IMG/VR virus record: IMGVR_UViG_3300020205_000781
Coordinates: 1-34,192 of that record
Direction: 5' to 3' (one strand)
Length of the DNA: 34,192 bases
Origin: a virus
Taxonomy: Duplodnaviria; Caudoviricetes
A program made the translations under genes and the position numbers. This document shows, in pieces, positions 15,541 through 23,835 of this stretch (its first letter is position 1; the number at the start of each line of letters is the position of its first letter). The notes under the pieces were generated by a model that worked only from the letters and a program-made list of their open reading frames with translations, was not told the origin of the DNA and did no database searches.

Positions 15541-16523
15541 CATACATTTTAGTAGACACAGCAAACACATTCTTTCGAGCTCGTCACGTTGTCAGAGGTA
15601 CACTTGATGACAAAGTGGGTATGAGCATTCATACAGTATTGGGCAGTGTTCGAAAGGCGTGGAAAGACTTTAAAGGCGATCATGTGGTATTCTGCCTCGA
15701 AGGTCGAAGCTGGCGTAAGGATCATTATGCTCCGTACAAGAGGAACCGCACCGACGCTCGGGCTTCGCAAAGCCCTCGCGAAGCTGAAGAAGATCGAGTG
15801 TTTTGGGAAACGTTTGATCAGTTTAAAGAATTCATTACTGACAAGACTAATTGTACAGTCCTACAACATCCGCAATTAGAAGCTGATGATTTGATTGCGG
15901 GCTTCATTCAAGCACATCCAAATGACAATCATGTTATCATTTCGACAGATGGCGACTTCGCACAACTCATTGCTCCAAACGTAAAACAATATAACGGCGT
16001 CAGTGCTGTCACTACTACACACGAAGGATACTTTGATGAAAAGGGTAAACGTGTCATTGATAAGAAAACTAAACAAGAAAAGCCCGCACCTGACCCAGAA
16101 TGGTTACTCTTTGAGAAGTGTATGCGTGGTGACACATCAGATAACATCTTTAGTGCTTATCCGGGAGTACGTGAAAAAGGCACAAAGAATAAAATTGGTC
16201 TCCGCGAAGCATATTCCGACCGGAACAATAAAGGATATAATTGGAACAACATGATGTTGCAGAAGTGGATGGACCATGAAGGTAAAGAACAGAGAGTAAA
16301 AGAGTGTTACGAACGTAATCAACTGCTTTGTGATCTTACAGCACAGCCCGCAGAGATACGACAAATTATAAATGACACAATCAAGACAGCAACGACAGCA
16401 GAAAAAAGCATTCCGCAAGTTGGTGTTAGATTGTTAAAATTTTGTGCGTCTTATGATCTTGTTAAAGTATCTGAACAAATTCAAAGCTACGCCGAACCGC
16501 TAAACGCAAGGTATATATCATGA
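15537..16523 (+). CDS. rnh: T4 RNase H-like 5'-3' exonuclease / flap endonuclease
   Basis: ILVD, YKRNR, EADDLIA, IISTDGDFAQL and GDTSDNI motifs. Confidence 0.92.
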   Translation: MTYILVDTANTFFRARHVVRGTLDDKVGMSIHTVLGSVRKAWKDFKGDHVVFCLEGRSWRKDHYAPYKRNRTDARASQSPREAEEDRVFWETFDQFKEFITDKTNCTVLQHPQLEADDLIAGFIQAHPNDNHVIISTDGDFAQLIAPNVKQYNGVSAVTTTHEGYFDEKGKRVIDKKTKQEKPAPDPEWLLFEKCMRGDTSDNIFSAYPGVREKGTKNKIGLREAYSDRNNKGYNWNNMMLQKWMDHEGKEQRVKECYERNQLLCDLTAQPAEIRQIINDTIKTATTAEKSIPQVGVRLLKFCASYDLVKVSEQIQSYAEPLNARYIS

Positions 16524-17005
16524 CTACAACTGCCAAACCATTAATTCCAAATAAGAGTTGGTTACTCGAAACTGACGGATTAAAAATTGGAACACTGAAT
16601 AAAGAAAGGTCATCTTATTCTATTTTAAAAGATGGACAGAAGATTACTGTAGGCTCAGTCAAAGATGTTAAAGAAAAATTAGGTATTGAGTTTTACGATA
16701 TTCCTAAAATAACAAAAATCGAAACTACTGAATACGGAGTTTATGACTTTCCATGTGGGTCAAAGCCATACGGCAGTGTTTACAATATACGTAAAAAATT
16801 ACCCATCTATGCTAAAAGTACAAAAAGCAAAAGTCTGTACTGTGCCGGATACTATGTAATTAAATTTCGAAAAGGTTGGGTTAAAAGTTTCTGTCCTAAA
16901 CTTATCACTTTAGAACGCTATCCATTTCAAGGCCCTTTTAAAACAGAGTTTGAAATGAAGCAAACACTCACTAGCTTAGGCAAAAAAGAAAATGAAACAA
17001 ATTAA
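16520..17005 (+). CDS. Hypothetical basic protein
   Basis: 161 aa with an ATGA overlap. Confidence 0.75.
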   Translation: MTTTAKPLIPNKSWLLETDGLKIGTLNKERSSYSILKDGQKITVGSVKDVKEKLGIEFYDIPKITKIETTEYGVYDFPCGSKPYGSVYNIRKKLPIYAKSTKSKSLYCAGYYVIKFRKGWVKSFCPKLITLERYPFQGPFKTEFEMKQTLTSLGKKENETN

Positions 17006-17228
17006 CACATTACCGATAGAAAACTACCTAGAAAAGGCCAGAATTGCTTCTAAATCGGGTCAGAAAAATGTAGTTTTAGACATAAAAGATGCTATTGCGT
17101 TAGCGGACAGCCTAGCAGTTGTTATGACTCGATTAACAGGCAAATTAGAAGACCATATCGCCGAACTATCCAAACCCAAAGAAGAGGAAGTCATTTCTGT
17201 CACGATGGACGGGGGCGTTTTTCGTTAA
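16992..17228 (+). CDS. Hypothetical protein
   Basis: 78 aa overlapping the upstream gene end; C-terminal MDGG. Confidence 0.7.
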   Translation: MKQINTLPIENYLEKARIASKSGQKNVVLDIKDAIALADSLAVVMTRLTGKLEDHIAELSKPKEEEVISVTMDGGVFR

Positions 17229-17235
17229 ATTCCTA

Positions 17236-17271
17236 CTAAATAAATGCGTATATAACGGAGCGATACGCATT
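17236..17271 (+). promoter_or_regulatory. Late-promoter-like motif plus RBS-enclosing hairpin
   Basis: CTAAATA (17236-17242), then a 9-bp stem AATGCGTAT/ATACGCATT (17243-17251/17263-17271) enclosing GGAG, immediately before ATG 17272. Confidence 0.65.
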
Positions 17272-17571
17272 ATGAGTAGACCAAAACCTAATATTCTTTT
17301 AGAACTTACTAATAAGAAAAATTACAAAACTGAGCAAGTTTTGGAAGCTGATGCCATTTGGGCCGTATTTTATAAAGATAAGCCGGTCAATTTAAAAACT
17401 AGCAGTATAGTAGCCCAGGATCTGGGACCTAAATATAAAAAGGTTAGTTTTTCAAACAGCGGCCATGCCTTTAATCTATCCGAAAGATTAAACAAACTAT
17501 TCAACTGCCAAGACTTCTCTGTGTATAAACTAACCACAGGACAAAAGTTGCCAGATGGACCAAAGGACTGA
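17272..17571 (+). CDS. Hypothetical protein
   Basis: 99 aa, basic, with a GGAG SD. Confidence 0.75.
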   Translation: MSRPKPNILLELTNKKNYKTEQVLEADAIWAVFYKDKPVNLKTSSIVAQDLGPKYKKVSFSNSGHAFNLSERLNKLFNCQDFSVYKLTTGQKLPDGPKD

Positions 17572-17950
17572 AATAACCCGATACGTTCTTCAACAGGCAG
17601 ATAAGCCACATGACGATGCGTATGTTAAAAAAATGCTTCCGGCATTTTGGATGAATCCGCGACAGAAGACCAAAGGTGGACTACGTCTAACTGATTCTGG
17701 GTGGGATTGGCTTAGACAGGCCGATCTTAAATATTATCAAATCGATCTCCCAAAAGAAATAGAATGGACTAACCAATTGATCATACGTTTGGATCAATTT
17801 ATAGAGTGCCCATTTTACATAACCAAAAAATCCATTTACGTTTTCGGAGAAAGGATGGCTGTCCAATTAGTGCTGTTTTCCGGAAACATACAAAAATATG
17901 GGCTATCAAGGGCCATGGCTGTTGCTAGAGAACAACAAAAAAGTCATTGA
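17555..17950 (+). CDS. Hypothetical protein
   Basis: 131 aa; the GLRLTDSG segment is reminiscent of a winged-helix wing (weak). Confidence 0.7.
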   Translation: MDQRTEITRYVLQQADKPHDDAYVKKMLPAFWMNPRQKTKGGLRLTDSGWDWLRQADLKYYQIDLPKEIEWTNQLIIRLDQFIECPFYITKKSIYVFGERMAVQLVLFSGNIQKYGLSRAMAVAREQQKSH

Positions 17951-17975
17951 CTTTTTACCTGAATCCGTGTATAAT
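17947..17975 (+). promoter_or_regulatory. Sigma70-type promoter for the MoxR gene
   Basis: TTGACT (17947-17952), 17-nt spacer, TATAAT (17970-17975), followed by the leader hairpin ATGCGTT-AGAGA-AACGCAT (17982-18000). Confidence 0.85.
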
Positions 17976-18029
17976 TTATACATGCGTTAGAGAAACGCAT
18001 TCACTAAATTAATTTTTTAAGGTAAAAAA

Positions 18030-19112
18030 ATGGCAGAATCACTTAGCGGAAATCGAGCAGTTACTCCTAACGAAGCTAAAAAGAGCATTCGTAAGTGTGT
18101 AAAGATTAAGCGTCCAGTTTTTATGTGGGGCGCCCCAGGTATTGGTAAATCCGATATCGTTAAACAAATTGGTGACGAACAAGGTCGCGACGTTATTGAC
18201 GTTCGTTTGTCACTTTGGGAACCCACTGACATCAAAGGTATTCCTTATTACAATAGTGACCAAGGTACTATGACTTGGGCTCCGCCTGCTGAACTGCCTA
18301 CTGATCCAGAATCTACTGCGATCCTCTTCCTTGATGAATTGAATAGTGCGGCTCCCGCTACGCAGGCCGCGGCTTACCAATTAGTGCTTAACCGCCGTGT
18401 TGGTACTTATCGTTTGCCCGATGGTGTTAGCATTGTTGCCGCAGGTAACCGTGAAACTGACAAGGGCGTAACTTATCGTATGCCTGCTCCGCTGGCTAAT
18501 CGTTTCCTACACTTGGAACTTAAAACTGACTTTGATGACTGGTTGATGTGGGCGACTAAAAATCGCATCCACGAACAAGTTGTGGGCTACTGCTCATTTG
18601 CCAAGCAAGATCTGTACGACTTTGATCCAAAGTCTAGCTCACGTGCCTTTGCTACCCCGCGTAGCTGGTCTTTTGTATCCGACTTGCTTATAGACGATGA
18701 CTTAGAAGATAATACTCTTACCGATTTGGTAAGTGGTGCCATTGGCGAAGGGCTTGCTGTTAAGTTTATGGCACACCGCAGAGTTGCTAAACAGATGCCT
18801 AAGCCCGAAGACATTTTATCTGGTAAAGTACAAACTATTAACATCAAAGAGATTTCTGCGATGTATTCTTTGACCACTAGTCTGTGCTACGAACTTCAAG
18901 AAGCAGACAAGAAGCAGGCAAAAGATTGGAATACCCAAGCAGATAACTTCTTCAAGTTTATGATGGATAATTTTCCAACTGAACTAGTTGTTATGGGAGC
19001 AAAGGTTGCGTTGACTAACTATCAACTGCCGTTCGATGCTTCTAAGATGAATAACTTCGATCGCTTCCACGATAAGTACGGCAAATACATTATCACAGCA
19101 ATGGAAGGTTAA
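18030..19112 (+). CDS. MoxR-like AAA+ ATPase
   Basis: Walker A GAPGIGKS, Walker B ILFLDE, sensor AAGN and arginine finger PLANRF. Confidence 0.92.
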   Translation: MAESLSGNRAVTPNEAKKSIRKCVKIKRPVFMWGAPGIGKSDIVKQIGDEQGRDVIDVRLSLWEPTDIKGIPYYNSDQGTMTWAPPAELPTDPESTAILFLDELNSAAPATQAAAYQLVLNRRVGTYRLPDGVSIVAAGNRETDKGVTYRMPAPLANRFLHLELKTDFDDWLMWATKNRIHEQVVGYCSFAKQDLYDFDPKSSSRAFATPRSWSFVSDLLIDDDLEDNTLTDLVSGAIGEGLAVKFMAHRRVAKQMPKPEDILSGKVQTINIKEISAMYSLTTSLCYELQEADKKQAKDWNTQADNFFKFMMDNFPTELVVMGAKVALTNYQLPFDASKMNNFDRFHDKYGKYIITAMEG

Positions 19113-19113
19113 T

Positions 19114-19135
19114 AAAGGCCCTTCGGGGCCTTTTT
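19114..19135 (+). terminator. Rho-independent terminator with a cUUCGg tetraloop
   Basis: AAAGGCCC-TTCG-GGGCC-TTTTT directly after the ATPase stop. Confidence 0.9.
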
Positions 19136-19156
19136 CAATTATAAAGGAAAAATAAT

Positions 19157-19324
19157 ATGGCTGTAAAATCTTGGTATCTAAGTATTGTCAGTTCGGCAAC
19201 GCACAAACCGGTGTTTCATCAGATGTTTTTTACAGCACCCAAAATGAATGAGTTCATTAAGGAAAATGAACTCGTGGATAAGTATCCAAAACCTGAATTT
19301 TATTTTGTCAAAGAAAACTATTGA
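19157..19324 (+). CDS. Small hypothetical protein, 55 aa (not in the ORF track)
   Basis: AAGGA SD at about 19144-19148. Reads MAVKSWYLSIVSSATHKPVFHQMFFTAPKMNEFIKENELVDKYPKPEFYFVKENY*. Confidence 0.7.
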   Translation: MAVKSWYLSIVSSATHKPVFHQMFFTAPKMNEFIKENELVDKYPKPEFYFVKENY

Positions 19325-19349
19325 CGAAATGGTAAAAAGACTATATAAT
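19321..19349 (+). promoter_or_regulatory. Sigma70-type promoter for the VWA gene
   Basis: TTGACG (19321-19326), 17-nt spacer, TATAAT (19344-19349). Confidence 0.8.
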
Positions 19350-19377
19350 AGTAATACACTAACAAAAAAGGATTTGT

Positions 19378-20646
19378 ATGTCAAGTGTAATGAAACAAGA
19401 ACGTACTAAAAAAGCTGTAGCCACTAAAGAGTATACAGCATCTGAAAAGTCAAAAATTATTGACAAACTAATTACAGCACGAGTAGGTTTACTCTTGCGC
19501 CATCCGTTTTTTGGCAACCTAGCTACTCGCCTTAAACTAGTTGATGCGTCAGACTGGTGTTCAACACTCGCTACTGATGGTCGTCACTTCTATTACAATA
19601 ATGACTTTGTAAACAAACTTAAACCTAAAGAAGCAGAGTTTGGATTCGCGCACGAAGTTCTACACAATGTTTTTGATCACATGGGTCGTCGAGATCATCG
19701 TGATCCTTCGTTGTCTAACATTGCCGCTGACTACGCTACTAATCAAATTCTTGTAGATGAGAAGATCGGTGAAGTTCCAAACTTCATGAAGATCTACCAA
19801 GACAACAAATACCGCGGCAAAAGCTACGAAGAAATCTACGACGAAATTTACGAGAAGGCAGTTAAAATTGATTTCAGCCAGCTTGGTGAATTGTTAGACG
19901 ATCACCTCGACGGTGAAGGCGACGACGAGCAAGACGGCGATGGTGAAGGCGACGAGAATGGAGATAAAAAAGGCAAAGGTCGTCCTCGTTTAACTGAAGA
20001 AGAAAAGAAAGCTATTAAGGACGAGATCAAAGAAGCAATGGTAGCCGCGGCACAGGCCGCAGGTGCTGGCAGGGTTCCAGCAGGTGTTCAGCGCATGATC
20101 CAATCTTTTACTGAGCCTAAAATGGACTGGCGTCAGATGTTACGTATGAATATCCAAAGTATTCTAAAAAGCAATTTTAGTTTTAGTCGTCCTAACCGCA
20201 AGTCACAACATTGCGGAGCTATCTTGCCAGGTATGATGAATGAAGAAACTATCGATGTGTCAGTTGCCATTGACATGTCAGGTTCTATCTCGGATAAAAT
20301 GGCTCGAGACTTCCTAAGCGAAGTTAAAGGTATCATGGACGAATACGTAGACTTCAAACTCGACTTGTGGTGCTTTGACACTGAAGTTTATGGCTACGCA
20401 AAATTTACAGGCGATACAGCTGATGAAATTATGAGCTACGAATGTAAGGGTGGTGGTGGCACAGATTTTGATGTAAACTACGAATTTATGAAGGCAGAGG
20501 GCATTGAGCCAAAACGCTTCATTATGTTTACTGACGGATATCCTTGCGGAAGCTGGGGAGATGAAAACTACTGCGAAAGTCTGTTTATTATCCACGGAAA
20601 TGATAGCATAATTTCTCCATTCGGTCAGACCGCGCATTATAAATAA
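19378..20646 (+). CDS. Metallopeptidase-like plus VWA domain protein (DUF2201-like), MoxR partner
   Basis: ATDG and HEVLH (HExxH), an acidic linker, then MIDAS motifs DMSGS, GGGTDF and FTDG. Confidence 0.9.
   Translation: MSSVMKQERTKKAVATKEYTASEKSKIIDKLITARVGLLLRHPFFGNLATRLKLVDASDWCSTLATDGRHFYYNNDFVNKLKPKEAEFGFAHEVLHNVFDHMGRRDHRDPSLSNIAADYATNQILVDEKIGEVPNFMKIYQDNKYRGKSYEEIYDEIYEKAVKIDFSQLGELLDDHLDGEGDDEQDGDGEGDENGDKKGKGRPRLTEEEKKAIKDEIKEAMVAAAQAAGAGRVPAGVQRMIQSFTEPKMDWRQMLRMNIQSILKSNFSFSRPNRKSQHCGAILPGMMNEETIDVSVAIDMSGSISDKMARDFLSEVKGIMDEYVDFKLDLWCFDTEVYGYAKFTGDTADEIMSYECKGGGGTDFDVNYEFMKAEGIEPKRFIMFTDGYPCGSWGDENYCESLFIIHGNDSIISPFGQTAHYK
20638..20645 (+). promoter_or_regulatory. T4-type late promoter consensus
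   Basis: Exact TATAAATA, 13 nt before ATG 20659. Confidence 0.55.
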
Positions 20647-20658
20647 AGTAGGTATATA

Positions 20659-20937
20659 ATGGGATTATCTAAAGGAACAGCCAATCCACTTAACGTCTTA
20701 AATATGAGGCGTCTAAAGAGGATTCCGCCAAACTTTACTAAACTCCAGTTAAAGGGGTTCCTTGATATTAAGGAACTTGATAAATGGATTTACCTTAATC
20801 TAGACAGTAGATATTGTATCAGAAAATCCACCGTGGTGGTTGATAACAAGCTAACTACTGCTATAGAGATAGGTATTGAGGATGGTAAGGAATTAACAAT
20901 GCTGTCTTTGGCCTGTCCATTATTACATAAAAACTAA
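20659..20937 (+). CDS. Hypothetical protein
   Basis: 92 aa, in operon context. Confidence 0.7.
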   Translation: MGLSKGTANPLNVLNMRRLKRIPPNFTKLQLKGFLDIKELDKWIYLNLDSRYCIRKSTVVVDNKLTTAIEIGIEDGKELTMLSLACPLLHKN

Positions 20938-20946
20938 GGAAACAAA

Positions 20947-21153
20947 ATGTCAGAAGAACAAAAAGGACCAGATCTTACTGTAACTGATCTACAAAATCTT
21001 AGAGCGATTATCGATGTTGCCGCTACTCGCGGTGCTTTTAAGGCTGCAGAAATGGCCGCAGTTGGGGCAGTGTTTAATAAACTAGACACATTCCTAAATG
21101 CTGTTGCTCCTGCCAAAGCACCAGAAGAGGCTGCTTCACAGGCTCAAGAATAA
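20947..21153 (+). CDS. Hypothetical helical protein
   Basis: 68 aa with a TAAGGA SD; RGAF motif. Confidence 0.75.
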   Translation: MSEEQKGPDLTVTDLQNLRAIIDVAATRGAFKAAEMAAVGAVFNKLDTFLNAVAPAKAPEEAASQAQE

Positions 21154-21167
21154 TAAGGAAAAATATT

Positions 21168-21797
21168 ATGAAACACGTTGGAAAAATGAAAAACAATGGA
21201 GCACGGGTTGCTATTGTTTTTAGAACTTTGCCGGGAGATCCGTTAAGCGCATTAGTCGTGGGGACCAACGGGTTAGGTGATGCGTACCACGACAGCTTAA
21301 TGAGTATCATCGAGTCCGATCAAGGTCAGCAAGCAAACGAATTAGCCGATATATTATCTGTTCGTAAATTCCCAGACGGTACCGGAATGCTAGAATTCAT
21401 GCACACTCGAGGAATGTTGAAAAAGGTTCCTACGGAAGGTGTAATTGTTACTCCGGACAATAAGACTCAAGTTCAACTTAACGAGCTCAATGAATTGATT
21501 GCTAATCAAAAGGGAGTACCTTTAACAGAACTAGCAGTCAAAGACGGGGCCGAGGAGGAAGTAGTTATCGAAGGAAAAGCACCTCCTACTAAAAACAAGT
21601 GGGATAAAGCTCGTGAAGATAAAGCGGCGGCAAAAATTCTTGAAGAAGAAGAAGCGGCAACTCCTTTTCAATTAAGCCCGGCTGAGATGCGCTCTAGGGC
21701 AGATGCTCTTTATAAAGAAGCCGCAAGGTTACGCAAAGACGCAGATGAATTAGATCCTCCTAAAAAGAAGGCAAAAGCAGAATCATCCGTAGCATAA
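21168..21797 (+). CDS. Hypothetical protein
   Basis: 209 aa with a TAAGGA SD; last gene before the terminator. Confidence 0.8.
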   Translation: MKHVGKMKNNGARVAIVFRTLPGDPLSALVVGTNGLGDAYHDSLMSIIESDQGQQANELADILSVRKFPDGTGMLEFMHTRGMLKKVPTEGVIVTPDNKTQVQLNELNELIANQKGVPLTELAVKDGAEEEVVIEGKAPPTKNKWDKAREDKAAAKILEEEEAATPFQLSPAEMRSRADALYKEAARLRKDADELDPPKKKAKAESSVA

Positions 21798-21824
21798 AAA
21801 AAGGACTCCTAGGAGTCCTTTTTT
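21797..21824. terminator. Bidirectional rho-independent terminator
   Basis: Perfect 28-bp palindrome AAAAAAGGACTCCT|AGGAGTCCTTTTTT between convergent genes, giving U-tracts on both strands. Confidence 0.92.
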
Positions 21825-23832
21825 AATATACCATTACTTCTATAGTCCCAGTTTCGCCATTGAAATCTTGGAGTGCCTTTGCCAGCACCGCATATGGATT
21901 TGTTCTATGTCCGTGACGTCTTACTTCAGCATGTCCGGGTACATTAGAGGAAACTAATATATCTCCTCGCTTAACTGGACCGGTTACTTTACAAGGTACT
22001 CGACCTTTTAGGGCAATAGCAACACCGCCATCTAAGTCACTATTCATAAGATATGCTGGATTTGTTGAAACAATACCAACTATCATTTCGCTTTCGTATG
22101 TACTACAAATAGTGACTTCTTTTTCTCCACCAATTTGTAAAACTGTGCCTGGTTCGTAATCAGCATCTGGCAAATATCTTTCTGCCAAGTCAGCGTACTG
22201 TGCCCTGGATGCAACACCAGTAAATGTATTAGCATATACTGTAGCAAATCGGTTTCCTGTTTGACCAATATCTCCGACTCCATTAGTTCCATCTTTTACA
22301 ATGTTAACTACTGTAGGAGTTCCTATAAACTTGGTCGCTGAAATTTGGTTAGCAACAAAATTACCACTGCTGTCTCTAAAGACTAAAGTATTATTGTAAT
22401 TTGATACAGCCGATGTCCAAGAACTTGTAGAAGCTAAACTAACTGTAAAAATACCGCCCTCAACTGCTACTTGGCCGCTAATGCCAAATCCAGAAGTGGC
22501 ACCTGACTGAACATAGTTACCTGTAGTGTCGCTACCTAAAGCGACCGAATTAGTTATAACTGTAGCAGTTAGGGTAAAATTAGACGACCCATCAAATGTA
22601 GCACTACCACTTAAATCTCCAGATAGATTCACTGTTCTAGGAGTAGCCCATTTTGTAGCCGAAGTAGAAGAACTTGCGGCAACTACTGTGGCATTCAATG
22701 TAACATTACTACTACCGTCGAAAGACACAGTTCCTGATAAATCCTGGCCTAAGGTAATTGTTCTAGCAGTAAGCAGTTTTCTTGCTGTAGTTGCCGTAGA
22801 TGCTTCTCCAGTTACAGTACCTGAAAATGTTCCGTAAAAATTGTTAGCATATATGTTGTCAAATTTCTTAGTAGCGGATCCGATATTAGTTACCTGTCCG
22901 CTAGCAATAGTTGGTAACAAACTTAAACCAGATGCAGCATCAAGATTTAATATGTTATAAAGGGTTCCGCCGACAGTGGCATCAAAACCAATTGTTGTAA
23001 GATCAGATGTAATTCTTGGGCCAGTTGCTTGATCGATATATAATTTTAAATTATTTGTATTAATGGACAATCCATTAGCTGAATTGATAAACACATTAGA
23101 ACTGAATCTTGGATCAGATCTAGTAACATAGTTTCCAGCAGTTTCTCCGCCTAATCGCAAACTATCTGATGATGTTCCCCATAGCATGGGATCTCCGGAG
23201 GCAGCTGAAGCAGAAATTCCTGTAGCATCTGTTCCGATAATGTTTATACCTTGTTTAATTCCAGTAAATCCAGTTACAGGAGTCAATGAGCCTATGGTAA
23301 ATTCATCATTAGAACTAATAGCAACTGTAGAAATAGATGTAGGATCACTGTAGCTTTGAATTTGATGAGATAGAACATAGTGGCTAAACCCGTCTGTGTC
23401 TTTAAGGACTACAGGAGTAATCGTAGAATTTCCAGCAAGATCAGAATACTGAGGACCGATTAAAGTATACGCCGATCCGTTGTAGTAATATAATTTTTTC
23501 AACGACTCATTATACCAAAAATCACCTGCCCTTAAGGTAGTAGGTTCTGCTTGGCTGCTTTCTAACACGGGAAGACCTTTGAACTCTGTTCCGTTAAAAA
23601 ACTTTATTTTTTTGTTAGTAGTATCATACCATATTTGCCCCACTAAAGGACTAGTTGGTTGCTTAGAGTTGGCAAAATTTTCTAAAAGTTTAACGAAATT
23701 TTGATTAACAACTTGGCCATAACCGGCATAATTTTTTCCAATTAGTGTTAAATCGCAAGCTGATGAACTTACAGAACCATCGTCTACTGAAGTTAATTTT
23801 AAACCATTTGTTTTGTTAATAATATATGCCAT
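21823..23832 (-). CDS. Tail fibre/spike with a C-terminal intramolecular chaperone (auto-cleaving) domain
   Basis: Shared N-terminal module (LIGKNYAGYG...NFVKLLENFA...GQIWYDT), two TART/TPRT...FDGSSN repeats, and C-terminal ADLAERY...GRVPCKV...GDILV. Confidence 0.8.
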   Translation of the reverse strand: MAYIINKTNGLKLTSVDDGSVSSSACDLTLIGKNYAGYGQVVNQNFVKLLENFANSKQPTSPLVGQIWYDTTNKKIKFFNGTEFKGLPVLESSQAEPTTLRAGDFWYNESLKKLYYYNGSAYTLIGPQYSDLAGNSTITPVVLKDTDGFSHYVLSHQIQSYSDPTSISTVAISSNDEFTIGSLTPVTGFTGIKQGINIIGTDATGISASAASGDPMLWGTSSDSLRLGGETAGNYVTRSDPRFSSNVFINSANGLSINTNNLKLYIDQATGPRITSDLTTIGFDATVGGTLYNILNLDAASGLSLLPTIASGQVTNIGSATKKFDNIYANNFYGTFSGTVTGEASTATTARKLLTARTITLGQDLSGTVSFDGSSNVTLNATVVAASSSTSATKWATPRTVNLSGDLSGSATFDGSSNFTLTATVITNSVALGSDTTGNYVQSGATSGFGISGQVAVEGGIFTVSLASTSSWTSAVSNYNNTLVFRDSSGNFVANQISATKFIGTPTVVNIVKDGTNGVGDIGQTGNRFATVYANTFTGVASRAQYADLAERYLPDADYEPGTVLQIGGEKEVTICSTYESEMIVGIVSTNPAYLMNSDLDGGVAIALKGRVPCKVTGPVKRGDILVSSNVPGHAEVRRHGHRTNPYAVLAKALQDFNGETGTIEVMVY

Positions 23833-23835
23833 TTT

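Noticed and set aside
19178-19384. Minus-strand 68-aa ORF
   Set aside because: It is antisense to a + strand 55-aa ORF with a clear SD, in an otherwise all-plus region.
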